From: Paragordius varius
Lineage: Eukaryota > Animalia > Nematomorpha
Direction of reading: 5' to 3'
DNA length: 64,000 nucleotides
Assembly: GCA_964247055.1 (NCBI GenBank)
Contig: OZ176050.1
Location: forward strand, 8,804,001-8,868,000
Shown in pieces: positions 47,101-59,105 of the stretch. Each line of letters starts with the position of its first letter. Within the stretch, counting starts at the first letter, position 1. Under the pieces are notes generated by a model. It did no database searches. It saw only the letters and a program-made list of their open reading frames with translations, and was not told the DNA's origin. A program made the translations under genes and the position numbers.

Positions 47101-50100
47101 AGATTTAAAACGATAAAATAGATGAATGAGATACGATTTGATTGATAAAGATAATAATAAAACAAAAAAGTCAAAGGACCAACTTGAAGTGTTCAAGGAC
47201 CAACTTGAGTGTTCAAGGATACTCTGGAAGTGCAAATGGTATACTAAATGACAAACACACACAATTTGAGTCGGCCAAAAGGTAGCGGTATGTTTCTATC
47301 ATTCAGTAATCATCTCGAATTTCGTACCTGATAAAGAACATTTGTGGCATATATTGCTTTTCTTACTCAGAGGAAAAAACTGATAATCATGCTGGTGAAA
47401 AAATATGGTGAACATGCTCCATTGATTAAAACTGTGAGACATGATTTCGATATTTTAAAAGTTATAATTTTAATAGAGAGTAGGCGCTCTGGTAGATACA
47501 ACTTCAAAGACGATGAAGTGCAAGAATTAAATGATGATCAACTTAAGCTTAACGGGATTTGGAAGAAGCATTACTTTTATCAAAAAACAATCACTAGACG
47601 TCTGCGAGTAAAGACCATACATTCGGTAAATGGATCTCAAACAATTTAATTATGTTCCATATGTTAAACTATTTGTATCACAACATGTCGTTCTGCGCAA
47701 ATATATTTATTTAAGTTCAAACGTTTATTATCGTATCTATCAAAAATCACATTATAGGCTTCATGCTTTTTTAGATTAGTAATTGAATTAAATCTGTCGC
47801 TGAAAAGTTAGGAGGCGATTTAGGTAATTAAATTTTTCTACCTTAGACGAACTCTGATTGTTGTGTACGAGCGAATTAAAAATGTCAATAAGCTCAAGCT
47901 GTCGATAACGTAAACTATATCAATTCGCCCTTACAATTCAGATTCGCCTATGAAAAATTCAAATTCACTCTTGAACAATTCAAATTCACCCTTAAACAAT
48001 TCAAATTCACCCTTAAACAATTCAAAATAAGCCTTGAACAATTCAAATTTTCCTTAAACTAATGTGTTTTCGGGCTTAAATAATTCATTATTAATATGAA
48101 ATACATCTTTATAATTTAGTTTATTGCTTTTTCAGTATTATTTAATTACAAAATTTCATATTAAAAATATAAAAAAATATAGGTAATTTCTAATCTTAAA
48201 AAACACATATTTTATTTCAGGGTAAATTTGAATTGTTCGAGGGTAAATTTGAATTGTTCAAGGGTGAATTTGAAGTGTAAATGGTATATAAATTTCGAAA
48301 AATTCAATAAACGTTTAAACATAAATAAATATATTCGGGTAAAACTATATAGATTTTGTAAAGCAAGTAGTTTAGCATATGTAGCATGCATATACAGTCG
48401 ATCGTGTAACGATAAGAATATAAGATATACTTTGATATATTCGAAATCAAGAACCGCATCAATTAAACCAGGGGGGATTATATGATAGAGTGTTATTTAG
48501 CAATTTTATGCCAAAAACTGCATCCGCTTTGAAACTGGCCGGAGTAAAAATGTATTGTGGACGGCTACTATCACTTTATCATGGATTAGAGGATTAGGCA
48601 AGCAGCCTTTCACAGTAAATAAATCATGCCGAATTCGAGAAACAGAACCTGATTACATGTGGAATCATACGGTAGGTTAATACAATCCTGCTGATATACT
48701 CTCACGTGGATGCTTCCCATCTAAATTCATTAAATCCAATACATGGTGAAAAGGGCCAGAATGGCTGTCGCAAAATCAAATTATACCAAATCAAACAAAG
48801 TTCCAACAATGAAACTGTGAAACCGTGGTTTTAGCTGGAAATTATATATTAGAACGCTTTACCAAGGTTAATAAGCTAGTTTGAATTATTGCATACTGCA
48901 CAAGCGTTTTATTGTTGAAAGTTGGGACAAAAGGCATATAACCAGCGGCGCGAGGGTTAAGAAAAACGACCGAAATGAGCCAGAAGACATGGCAAAGTTT
49001 TTGCTCCGTGATAATGTTCAGTTTATACAGAAAAACCAGCGAAAGACACCCTAAAATCTTTGAGGGAATATTTTCTCTATCCGCTGACCTAATGCTATCT
49101 GAATATTATCGTTTTGCATCAATGAGGCACATGCGCGCAGAGCAGCTCTTCAATAATTTTGATGAAAATAAGTTTTTCTGGCATGACATTCTTATATAAT
49201 CTGAGGGATTGGCGAAATGTGTAGAAGCCAATGACCAATATTAATAAAATAATATTGTTTTTCTCTAAGTACGTGTTTTCTTTTCAAAAAACCGGTAAAA
49301 ATTAATGACTACACCTGGCATGTCATTTTTGTTAAAAAAACAAACCTTTTTAGAATCAAATAAATATTATTTAGATCAAAAACAATTAGTTAACAACAAC
49401 ATTCTAGAGCTTATTGTTTTATGAAAACTATTGTCGTTTTTAAAAAAAATATTATCTTTTGACAAAAAGAGCTAAAATAAGTTCAATTGCCCAATATTAA
49501 ATATATATTAATGAAAAATACCTTCTTGCAATGTAGCCACGTCCCATGCGCTGAATACAGAGGACAGATTGTCTAATTTTACCATATTGTTTTACGGCGA
49601 CAAATCGCTTAAAATTCTTTTGCAAACAGATTGCGGCATCTCGCCTACGTTCCTGTAAACGTTTTTCCAGCAAAGAGACACAATTTGATCGGAAAAATAT
49701 TTTTGTTGCTCCTTAAATGTTAAAAATAAAAAATGACAAAATATTTTTTTCATTTATTTTTGATAAAAAAAGTCAATAACTTACCTATTTTAAATGGAAC
49801 TTTATCCTGTGGTTGAGCGTTAACATTGGACATAGGAAAAATATTTGTACCCTAAATATTATGCAAGAAACTCAAACTTTAAAAACGTAATCTAGAATAA
49901 AGTTACAGGATTCTTTCAAATCTTTATGATGTAGGTCACGTTTCTTCACTAAAACGTGGTATCTCTTCAAAAAATCAGGCAAGAGCCATCTGAATTAAAT
50001 AAATAATTAAATGTTTTATATAAGCTATTTAAAATTAATCATCAATATATAATTTAGAAAAAATCAGTTGCAAACACGATATAGCAGTGTAAAAAGTCAG

Positions 50101-53100
50101 GTGGAAATTTATAAATAATCAAAATTTACTTTGTTTTAAAAAAATATAAATCTTGAAAATACCTTGAAGGGAATCCGGCTGCACTAATTTTTATAGTTTC
50201 TAAGATACCACAAGCCCTGAGCTGTTGAACGACCCTTTTGGGATCAAACGTAAAAGCTAACTTATCATCATTCGGTTTAATACACCGTATATAATGTGGG
50301 TTACTTTGATGTAGCATGTACATCAGTTCCTTCAATGAATCTCTAAACTACATGCGCAAGGTTTGAAAGAATAATGTTTGAATTTCAGGAATATATAAAA
50401 ATATTCTTGATTCGTAAATATCTATATACTCACTTGGGAACTAACTGTAAGTTTTTGTTTTGCCTGACTCGTTTTCTTCGAGATACTCATATTACCCGAT
50501 ATCGAGGTGATGTTTGAGTTTAGAGACAAATTACTATCGTATTGAATGCTCGATATATTGCTATAATCATCGACACTTGATATTTCGGATGATGATGCGG
50601 CATTACCAAAAATATCTTTCACCAATGTATTCTACACATGATTTTGTTAAATATACATAGTATGAGCAATTAGATATACAATTAGCGTAAGGAGGTGCCA
50701 ATCCATTAAAACAATCGTCCAATAATTATATCTTTATATAGGCGTAGATTGCCTAAAATATATTTTATGCGCAACTTATTCTATAAATCTTTTAGATTCA
50801 ATAAAATATTATGAACTTAAAGATATTAGAGCTTAAAAGATAACGGATATTCAAAAAACGGTTTTGCCACCGTTTAAAATATAAAAATCTGGAACTAGCG
50901 TTCTAGGTCCACAAACTTTAACCATATATTTGATATTGTTATGATATAATTAGTAAGATGGTAAAATTACCGTGGACCCATTAAATAAGATGGTAAAATT
51001 TTGATCATCTTCAGATGATAATTTATCTTGATTTTTGAGGCAAAATGCTGCCACATTATATTCTATGTCTTCACATGAATGGCAAATGATAAAGGATTGT
51101 TCCCCAAATTTAGGTTTTTTAAAGAATGAAGTAGTTGAAACCATGAGATTCGTAGAACTGTTTGTGGAAGAAGTTAAATTTGACGACGTATTATTTGAAA
51201 CTTTTTTAGAGGATATGGTAGTATTCGTACTGATTGATCCATGCTGTTGATATAGTTTTTGACAAAAAGCGTCGTCAGACCCATTAGGGACCTGTGATTT
51301 ATATATATCAAAATATCCAGAAAATAAATGTGTAATTTAAAACTTAATTTATTTATATATTTGGTTCTTTCTCATTTACATTTATATTTATTGAAATAAG
51401 AAAACTAAAAAAATAAGATTTGTTAAAAAATTCTGGCTTGCTGTAAGATATTATTATTATTATTATGTAACTTTTAATAAATCTGTACCATGCATTGTTC
51501 ATTCAACAAATCCAGTATTCCCAATCTCCCTTCAATCAAATCCAAACAGGGTTGGTTATCGTGGAAAGCAACGAAATTCCATTCTAATCCTTCCGACATG
51601 TATTCTTGTTGTTCAAGCTTGAAAACATGTGCGTTAAAATGTTGCTGTAATTTCTCATTAGCATAATTTATGCACAATTGTTCAAAACTATTGTGGACAA
51701 ACTTTTCAAACCTAAGTTTTGATAATTTTATATTACATATCATTTGGCAAAACTAAAACAAATGCATGTTTAAGCATACATAGCCGATAAAATTTGAACT
51801 TGAATTTAAAACTGATTTATGGATTTTATATTGTACAATAAAATAATTAGCCTCGAGCACAGGGGCGTTTAACACAAATAGTTTCGCGCGTGCATTATGG
51901 GCCACATTCGCAAAATATATAGGCATTGACAAATATTTTATTAGATTTTAGTAAGCTCTTTTTTATCATTTTTTTTCTAGTTTATCAAAATAAAGATTTA
52001 TTGAGAAAATTTGTTTAAAATAATCATTTTTTTATTAAAATTTTTTAAAATTTTGTATGTGAAATTTCTCGCAAGCTAAATAAATATTGTGGACAGCATA
52101 TTGAACACCCCTGTAGAATAAACAAAAACAGAGAGACTATAAATCTTCAAAAGGTTAAAATCGATTTCGTAAAAAAATATTTTTGTTAAATAATAAAGAA
52201 ATGAAAAATTTTATGCAATTATTACACAGATTCATTTTAGTTTAATGGATGTTATTAATTAGGAATACTAACCCATCAAATAAGGTAAAATAGCACAAAT
52301 CGGAAAATTTATTAAATTTAATAACTAAAAATTACCCATATATATCAAGAAGACCAATAAAATGGTGTCCATTTTCAGGGGCCAAATTAAGGATATCCAA
52401 TTGGTTTTGTTGTATAATCTCCTGGCTGGCCATGATAGATCCATTTATGTATTGGGAGGACATTTTAGAGGATTTTATGCTGGAGTATGCGGAATCATAA
52501 CCGTTTTCACATCTATGATAAAAAAATTAGTTTTATGGCGAAAACGTTACCATCATATTTTTGCTTAAAGATTTTATACATATGAATATATACCGTTCAT
52601 TGTGTAATTCATAGTCATGGGAATCTACAAAATATAATAAATATGAATAAACATAATAATAGCCAATTATCAAAATGGTTAAAAATCCAGTTATTAAACC
52701 CCAAAATAAAATACCTTCTTGCGTTTTGAGTGATTCATTAACGACTGTAACTATGTGATTAAATAATCGTGAGTACAAATCCTTGGCCAGCGTATCTCTC
52801 AACGATTCCGTTTTTGTCTTGTCAGAAAAGGTGTAAATAATTTCTGAACAAGGACCATTATTATTATTATTGGTAGTTTGTAAACCAGATGATTTTTGTT
52901 TTGATATATTGCCACGTAAACTAGCATGTTGTCCTTTCATTCCAGCTCCAGCTTCAATACGGCGAACACAAATAGCCTTAACAAAATCATGGATTGATGA
53001 CACACCCAACAGGTGACAAATAAGACTAAGTTGTTTGAAAATGTCGGAATCGTTTTCTTTATTACAACAACTTTGATCAGCGCTTTTAACATTTTTGACA

Positions 53101-56100
53101 TCCTGTACGATTTAGGTGGATTTCAAATTAATCAAAACAAAACGTAAAATAGAAACTCATATATAAAACTTTAATATTATCGTGTTGGATCAAAAATAAG
53201 AAATAGAAATGTAAATAGGTACCACAATATACCATTTGCACTTCAAGAGTGTAATTGAACACTTCAAGTTGGTCCTTGAACATTTAAAGTTGGTCCTTGA
53301 ACACTTCAAGTTAGTCCTTAAAATTTATAAATTTTGATTTAACCATAATTTTTGCATTTATTTTTTTATTTTATTATTTATTAACCTAATTTTCTTTATT
53401 TATAATATATTTATTCATTTAAAAATAAAAAATTTCATACCACTTTTTTGTTCCAAACTATTTTTTTTTAATTCAACAAAATTATTACCTTTAAATGTTT
53501 TTAATTAAAAATTGTAATTAATACCCCAGAAAACTTATATATTTTTTTATTTCATGTTAAAATCTTATAAATATCCATTATTTTAAGAAATTAATAAAGA
53601 TATACGGTTTCTTAAAGATTAAAAGTTCATATCGATTTAAAATTTGTGTTAAATAATAATATAGGTTAAATACAATAAAATAGATTAATTATTTACGGTT
53701 TGATTGATAAAAGTTAAAAACAAAACAAAAAAGTCAAAGACCAACTTGAAGTGTTCAAGGACCAACTTGAAGTGTTCAAGGACCAACTTGAAATGTTCAA
53801 GGACCAACTTAAACTGTTCAAGGACCAACTTGAATTGTTCAAGGACCAACTTTAAATGTTCAAGGATTAACTTGAAGTGTTCAAGGACACTCTTGAAGTG
53901 CAAATGGTATATATTGTAATTTCACTTTTGTAACTATAAAAGTTGTGTGGAAACAATCTTAATTCTTAAAAATATTTGTCATTTAGTTTTTATGGAGAAA
54001 AAGCGAACCTTTTTGAGCGCATCTTCGACATCGATTGATTCACTAGAATACATAGATAGCTTATCATGAATATCTATATTATTCGTAATTGATTTGCCCT
54101 CATCACGTCGAAGCTAATTTAATTATTAAAAAATTATTACAATCTTTATATTTAAAAAATGCGTTAAATTTTGGAGAAAAATTAAGTAACCATATAAAAT
54201 ACCTGGGCCAAGTTTATATTTTGACTAGCGTATTTGCACAAAAGATCAATGTCAAGATTACCAAGATGCAGTATAGAGGCTATAATTTTAAACAATTGCT
54301 TTTGGGCATTCACATTGAACCCTAAGAATAGCAATATTTAAGTTTTATTTTATTAACATAATGATAAAATCTTTATAATTTTACCCATAAGAATAAAGGC
54401 ATTCATGGTTTCAACCATAATTTTAATGTCATCTACACCGTTTATCTGATACCCTTGTCCAAAATTCAAATATTTAAATTGTTTCGGAGATCCTAAATAT
54501 ATATATTCGTTAGTTTAATAACATAGTATTTTATTTTTTAGAAAATATCAAAAGAATAATACTTAATCCAAGTTGGTCCAACTCCAAACTTTTAGTAATG
54601 TTATCAAGACCTAATTTATCAGCTAGTGCTTTTAGCTGGGAATTATTAGCTCTGTAATTTTGATTGTTTAAGGTTGAATTTAGGTTAGTAAGCGCTGCCG
54701 AACACAAGGCACATAATTGATAAAAAATATGAAAATTTCGTTCATTCGGAGATTGTATAATGACGCGAGATTTTTCTAGTAAATACGTTTTCATTTGTGC
54801 ACCACAAATTTGATAACTTTCTTCCCTGAGATCTAGCCATTATATAATAATTGCGCATACCTGATATATGAGGGGCAAAATAGATTTGCAAATATTTCCC
54901 AAATCGACTACTATTATCATTCCGTATCGTTTTGGCGTTTCCTATCGCCTAAAATCGATCCAAAAACAATATTATTTTAGATTTGAAATGAGCAAACACC
55001 ATATGAGTCACCCAAATATTAAAAAATATTATATTATAACATAAAAGAGTTAATCTACTTCCATTATTGGGTTGGAAGCTAATGCCCGATTTTCGATGGA
55101 AAAAACATTTTTCCCCATCGTTTTTTGTTCAGTAGTGGAAAAAATGTTTTTGTGATTTGATGTATTAGCCAAATACCGCATAATATATTTTGCTGTGACA
55201 GTTTTTCCAGCCCCACTCTCCCCGCTTATTATGATGGATTGATCTTTTTCAAATCTATAGCATAAAATAGAATGGAAAAACCGAAATATCTAAAAGTTTC
55301 TTTCATTTTTATATAATATAATTTTTTAATAGGGAGAAAGAATTTTTTTTTATTTTAGGCAAAAAATGTTGGCTTTACACACTTTAGCCAACTCTTTGGC
55401 TTTTATATAAATTTTTGGGCGGATTATAGTTGGGCATTAAAATATTTCCGTGTGTTTGTGTCGAAATATAAACGTGAAAATACTTAAAATTGATTGCAAA
55501 AAAAGGAAAATTGACCAAATATTATTATTCGCCAAATAATGTAAGTTATCGATTCCCCTGTTTGTCGTTGGTTAAAAGTTAATATTTTAGGTTTTAAAAA
55601 TCGTCCAAATAAAAAAATTATTTAGTAGGCCATCTATTATTAAAATGAGTCCAAGTTGACGATATTAGCATTAGTTATTTGTTTGTAAATTATAAATTAA
55701 TCATAAAAGTATCGTTTATGTAATTTCCGATAATCGTTTCGACATAATCACAATAGTACGTGAAAAACACCGCAAGTAACTTCTTCATAAAGCTAAAAAA
55801 TCCCATTCTATATACCCATTATTTATATGCCACCAGTCAAATTAAATGAATTTTAATATTTAAATGTATAAATTATAACCTGGAAAGTTGTGTTAGACAA
55901 TTTTGTGCCAAAGCATATATGTGAGGATCAGGTGAGGATGAGCCTGTGTTAGATTGCAAGGCAGATATATCACCGCTCATGGCATATTTGTAGAATGTGA
56001 TAGTTTCTTCATTGTACAATGAGGCTAACTCAGTGTACGGGTTAAATGCCACCAAAACTATGCCTGATAGGGAAAAAATTTCATTAAGTTGTATTAAGGT

Positions 56101-58003
56101 TAAGTTTGGCCAGTTTATAAAAATAACCAGCTCCCTTTTTAGACATTTATTACCATGTAATATAGAATAAATACAATATAATATTGTAAAAGTTATATCA
56201 AAAAATTTGGCGCCATTATTAAACAATAAAGAAATATAATTAATTGCCTTCTAGTATTTTTTACAACATATATTTTCTAATTTGGCATTAATATAATGCC
56301 TAAGAATGATGCATTTATAAGCGGGTAAACCGATCATAATTTTTAGCTAGTGAAAAATCTAACCCTAGGTTTTATCCATATATAGTGCGATTCTTTTATA
56401 TATAGCATTTATAATTCAAATTCACCCTTGAACAATTCAAATTCACATTGAACAATTTAAATTCCCTTGAACAATTCAGATTCACCCTAAAAATTTATGT
56501 GTTTCGGGTTAATATAACTGGTTATTCATACGAAATATTTCTTTATGGCTTAGTTTATTATTTTTTCAGTATTATTAAATAACGAAAAAAATTCATTTTT
56601 TAAAAATATAAATAAATATAGATATCTTTAATCTTAAAAAACACATAATTTATTTTAGGGTGAATTTAAATTGTGGGTGAATTTGAAGTGTAAATGGTAT
56701 ATTTAAACGCAAGGGTAAAAATATCTGAGGGAACCACTTACAAAAACTTTAAAAAAATCAATTACATAAAATCAAAAGATAAATGCTTAAAAACGCTTTG
56801 TTCAGGTGCAAAATTAATAAACTAAAACAGCTAATAAATTACCATATAATATATATATACATCATATAACCTTGGAGCTAAATGTGGTATATATTATAAT
56901 TTATTTGTATAAGGTTGTGAAAATGTGTTATTGTTAAAACGTTTTAAAAGTTAAATAAATTAAAGTTGTAAATTTTTATTCTAGATCAGGACGATCCAAT
57001 ATGCGGCCCGCCGAAATATTCTGCAGTCGCGAGAATTTTTAAGTACACAAATCTGGGAATAAAATGATTTTCCTTAACAAATTTTCTAAATAAATTAATT
57101 CCGCATTTCGGCAATAAACCTAGCAAAAAATGTTAATATAAATAGTAGCTTTTGCAGTCTTATGTTTAAAATCTAATAAAATATTGTTAATGCCCATATA
57201 TTTTGCAAATGCGGCCTGTCAAATTCTTTGATGCTAAAATGCGGCCCGCAAAGCCATTCGTAAAAACCACTGCTCTAGATATTTGATCAGATTTACTTAT
57301 TATACAATGTGAGAAAAATAATAATTCTTACCACAATAGGTATATATCTTTCGCATTTCTAAAAATCTTGCTTTAAGAGTGTCCAGAACTAAAAATAAAT
57401 TAAAAATTATGCAAAAATTAATAAACAAATTAAAATTATTAAAAAAATATGTATGATATTATGTTATTTAATGCGTATTTAGAGCAGAGCGTTTAAAATT
57501 CATACATGCTTCATCAAAATTAAATAAAATGAATTCTTTGAAAATTAAATATACTATCGGTGTAAACGTTTAATTTCACATATTTACGACAAATTTATGA
57601 TAACAACCAACGAATCGAACAAAACACCATAAATTATGTACCACACCATAAAAAGTAAAATATTTTAACCATTTATACATTGTAAAGTGGAAAAAAATAA
57701 TATTTTTGAACTTTTTTTAAAAAAAACATATCCTCGTGTAATTATCCTTATTACATATAAATTATAATAGTCATTTATTAAAATAAAAATATGATACAAT
57801 ATATGATAAAATATAATTTAACAAGTCATTAAGAAATTTAGAGATAACGCGTTACATAAATATTTGTAATAAGGATAGATTTGTATTAAAAAGGATAAAC
57901 TATAATTAAATAAATATTTCCCGCCCACAAATTAAAACGAAAAAAGAGTATTTAAATTGTTTAATACCTAATTATCTCCTTTATTATACACACACTTAAT
58001 TGG

Positions 58004-58046
<43 letters not shown>

Positions 58047-58978
58047 TAATTTATTAATTAAAAACAGTTGTATCTTATGGGCTTTTTGTATCGAAAAATA
58101 TAACTTAAACCGTTTCTTAACAAAACATACGCCTTTATAATCGAAAAATATTTTGTATATGACTTTGGTAAAAACTTCGTGGTTTACTAAATTTAAGTAT
58201 AAATACTTGGAAGTTTCACATGAAAATATTTATTAACTATTCTTTAAAATAAAATTAACTTTTATCCTGTAATTAATAGTAAATATGAGTCATAATATAA
58301 CATAGTATAATTACTATTTACCATTAAAAAATATTTAGCGAAATACCTTTGGAAAATAAAAATGTATATCTATGGATTATGAAAAGTCTAAATTCAATAT
58401 TTGAAAAGATTGCATAGTACTTGACCTTTTTTTCAAAAAAATATACAGAAAAATATATAATATATATTTGATAATAATTAATCATTGAGTAAGATTAATT
58501 TGAAAGTGCAGAGAGATATAAAAAATTAATCATTTTAGAGTTAATGCATTCGACATAACCTAGAAATATAATTGTCAATTTTTTACGGTAGAATTTAAAT
58601 AAAAAAGTTGTAAAGTTAATTTATAATAGCAAAGTTTATGGTGACACAACATAAACCAATACAAAATTTGCGCATAATTAAAAAATAATTAGATAAAAAT
58701 AAAAAATTAAATACCAGAGGGTTCATTCAATGAGCTAAGAGATGTCAGGTTATTTTCTTTTCTTAATATATCAGGATTTTTTAAGGTCGGTAAAGTGTTT
58801 TTGTTTAACAATATTTTTTGTTCCTTGCCATCATCCGTTATAGCTAACAAAAAATCATTTCCTGGATCAAATTGGATTATGGTTGCAGGTATCCATACAA
58901 GTTGATTGTCTGGTATCCATATACTCGTACCCTAAATCAAAATTAAAAATAATTTACCTGTTTATACAAATTTTCCAT
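38037..58978 (-). CDS. MYO5: Unconventional myosin V (motor, 6 IQ, short coiled coil, dilute/globular tail); 34 exons, ~1894 aa
   Basis: Exons 58978-58958, 58931-58715, 57388-57332, 56063-55880, 55254-55059, 54948-54861, 54832-54563, 54492-54385, 54321-54203, 54113-54009, 53102-52715, 52624-52594, 52512-52336, 51711-51489, 51291-50971, 50631-50434, 50347-50163, 49989-49878, 49851-49785, 49711-49522, 45429-45273, 44762-44613, 44548-44438, 44377-44246, 44129-44064, 43286-42991, 42902-42838, 42190-42018, 41882-41793, 41531-41426, 41345-41242, 41101-40944, 40823-40622, 38654-38037. Total 5685 nt, divisible by 3. P-loop [51 protein letters not shown], six IQ motifs and DIL motifs ([27 protein letters not shown]). 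Exon 44129-44064 is the least certain. Confidence 0.92.
41118..41142. repeat. (AT)n microsatellite
   Basis: Direct reading; lies in a MYO5 intron. Confidence 0.9.
42236..42500. mobile_element. MITE family C1 copy (degenerate ends)
   Basis: Same core and subterminal repeats as the copies at 43335, 47916 and 56401. Confidence 0.75.
43335..43538. mobile_element. MITE family C1 copy, opposite orientation
   Basis: TATACCATTTAC ... GTAAATGGTATA TIRs with the reverse-complement core aagcccgaaaacacataat. Confidence 0.85.
45598..47243. mobile_element. MITE family C2 copy (TATA-CCATTTGCACTTCAAG termini), split by the RTE insertion
   Basis: Terminal inverted repeats. Flanking halves align by eye to the uninterrupted copy at 53228-53911. 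Confidence 0.85.
45862..46968 (+). mobile_element. 5'-truncated RTE-clade non-LTR retrotransposon (RT C-half plus PHD-like Cys/His insert), one frameshift
   Basis: ORFs 45882-46151 and 46148-46936 with [17 protein letters not shown] and FTYLGD. Frameshift in an A-run. CAIC..CNKC..WVHKKC..CDNC finger. 3' tandem tail (TCAAGTA)n at 46950-46968. Confidence 0.9.
47650..48900 (+). mobile_element. BEL/Pao LTR retrotransposon pol (RNase H region) remnant
   Basis: [40 protein letters not shown] and [23 protein letters not shown] are typical BEL/Pao RNase H motifs. Stops present. Left boundary uncertain. Confidence 0.75.
47916..48288. mobile_element. MITE family C1 copy (21-bp TTGAACAATTCAAATTCACCC repeats) inside the BEL remnant
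   Basis: Right TIR GTGTAAATGGTATA, tandem subterminal repeats and the shared core atgtgttttcgggcttaaataattc. Confidence 0.85.
51860..52113. mobile_element. hAT (Buster-like) MITE, reverse orientation, TSD not recognisable
   Basis: CAGGGGCGTT...AACACCCCTG ends. Internal gggccacattcgcaaaatatat is shared with the 36940 copy. Confidence 0.7.
53228..53911. mobile_element. MITE family C2, intact ~680 bp, with tandem 21-bp subterminal repeats
   Basis: TATACCATTTGCACTTCAAGAGTGT ... ACACTCTTGAAGTGCAAATGGTATA. About 3 left and 7 right copies of the GGACCAACTTGAAGTGTTCAA unit. Confidence 0.9.
56401..56701. mobile_element. MITE family C1 copy
   Basis: TATAGCATTTA ... GTGTAAATGGTATA with tandem 21-bp repeats. 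Confidence 0.85.
56987..57272. mobile_element. hAT (Buster-like) MITE, TSD 7/8 (TTCTAGAT/CTCTAGAT)
   Basis: CAGG...CACTG ends with GCGGCCCGC motifs near both ends. Confidence 0.8.
58008..58040. repeat. (AT)n microsatellite
   Basis: Direct reading. Confidence 0.9.
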
Positions 58979-59105
58979 GTGTGGTTGATTGAATCATATG
59001 AATTTAGTCATATATGCCTATGCCGAGAAAAGGTGAGCGTATATATAAAACAAAAATATAAAATAAACTTAATTGAGTGGGTACCGACGAGGATTTGTAA
59101 TGTAA

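Larger units (their letters stand above)
45507..49318 (+). mobile_element. Decayed mariner (Mos1-like) transposon, interrupted by nested insertions, inside MYO5 intron 20
   Basis: TA|CCAGGTGTGTCATT left TIR at 45507 and AATGACTACACCTGG right TIR ending 49318. Transposase remnants [27 protein letters not shown] and GKWISNNL (47300-47650), then [32 protein letters not shown] and [10 protein letters not shown] (48945-49240), collinear with Mos1 as recalled. Confidence 0.8.

Noticed and set aside
47344-47649. 101-aa plus-strand ORF as an antisense nested gene
   Set aside because: It is a frameshifted mosaic of a mariner transposase N-terminus.
53228-53911. CRISPR-like repeat array
   Set aside because: The units are contiguous with no unique spacers, lie within TIRs, and the context is eukaryotic.
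53685-53919. Heptad-repeat ORFs on both strands (LEHFKLV / CSRTNLK repeats) resembling a leucine zipper or a Cys-repeat protein
   Set aside because: They are translations of the 21-bp subterminal tandem repeats of MITE C2 inside a MYO5 intron.
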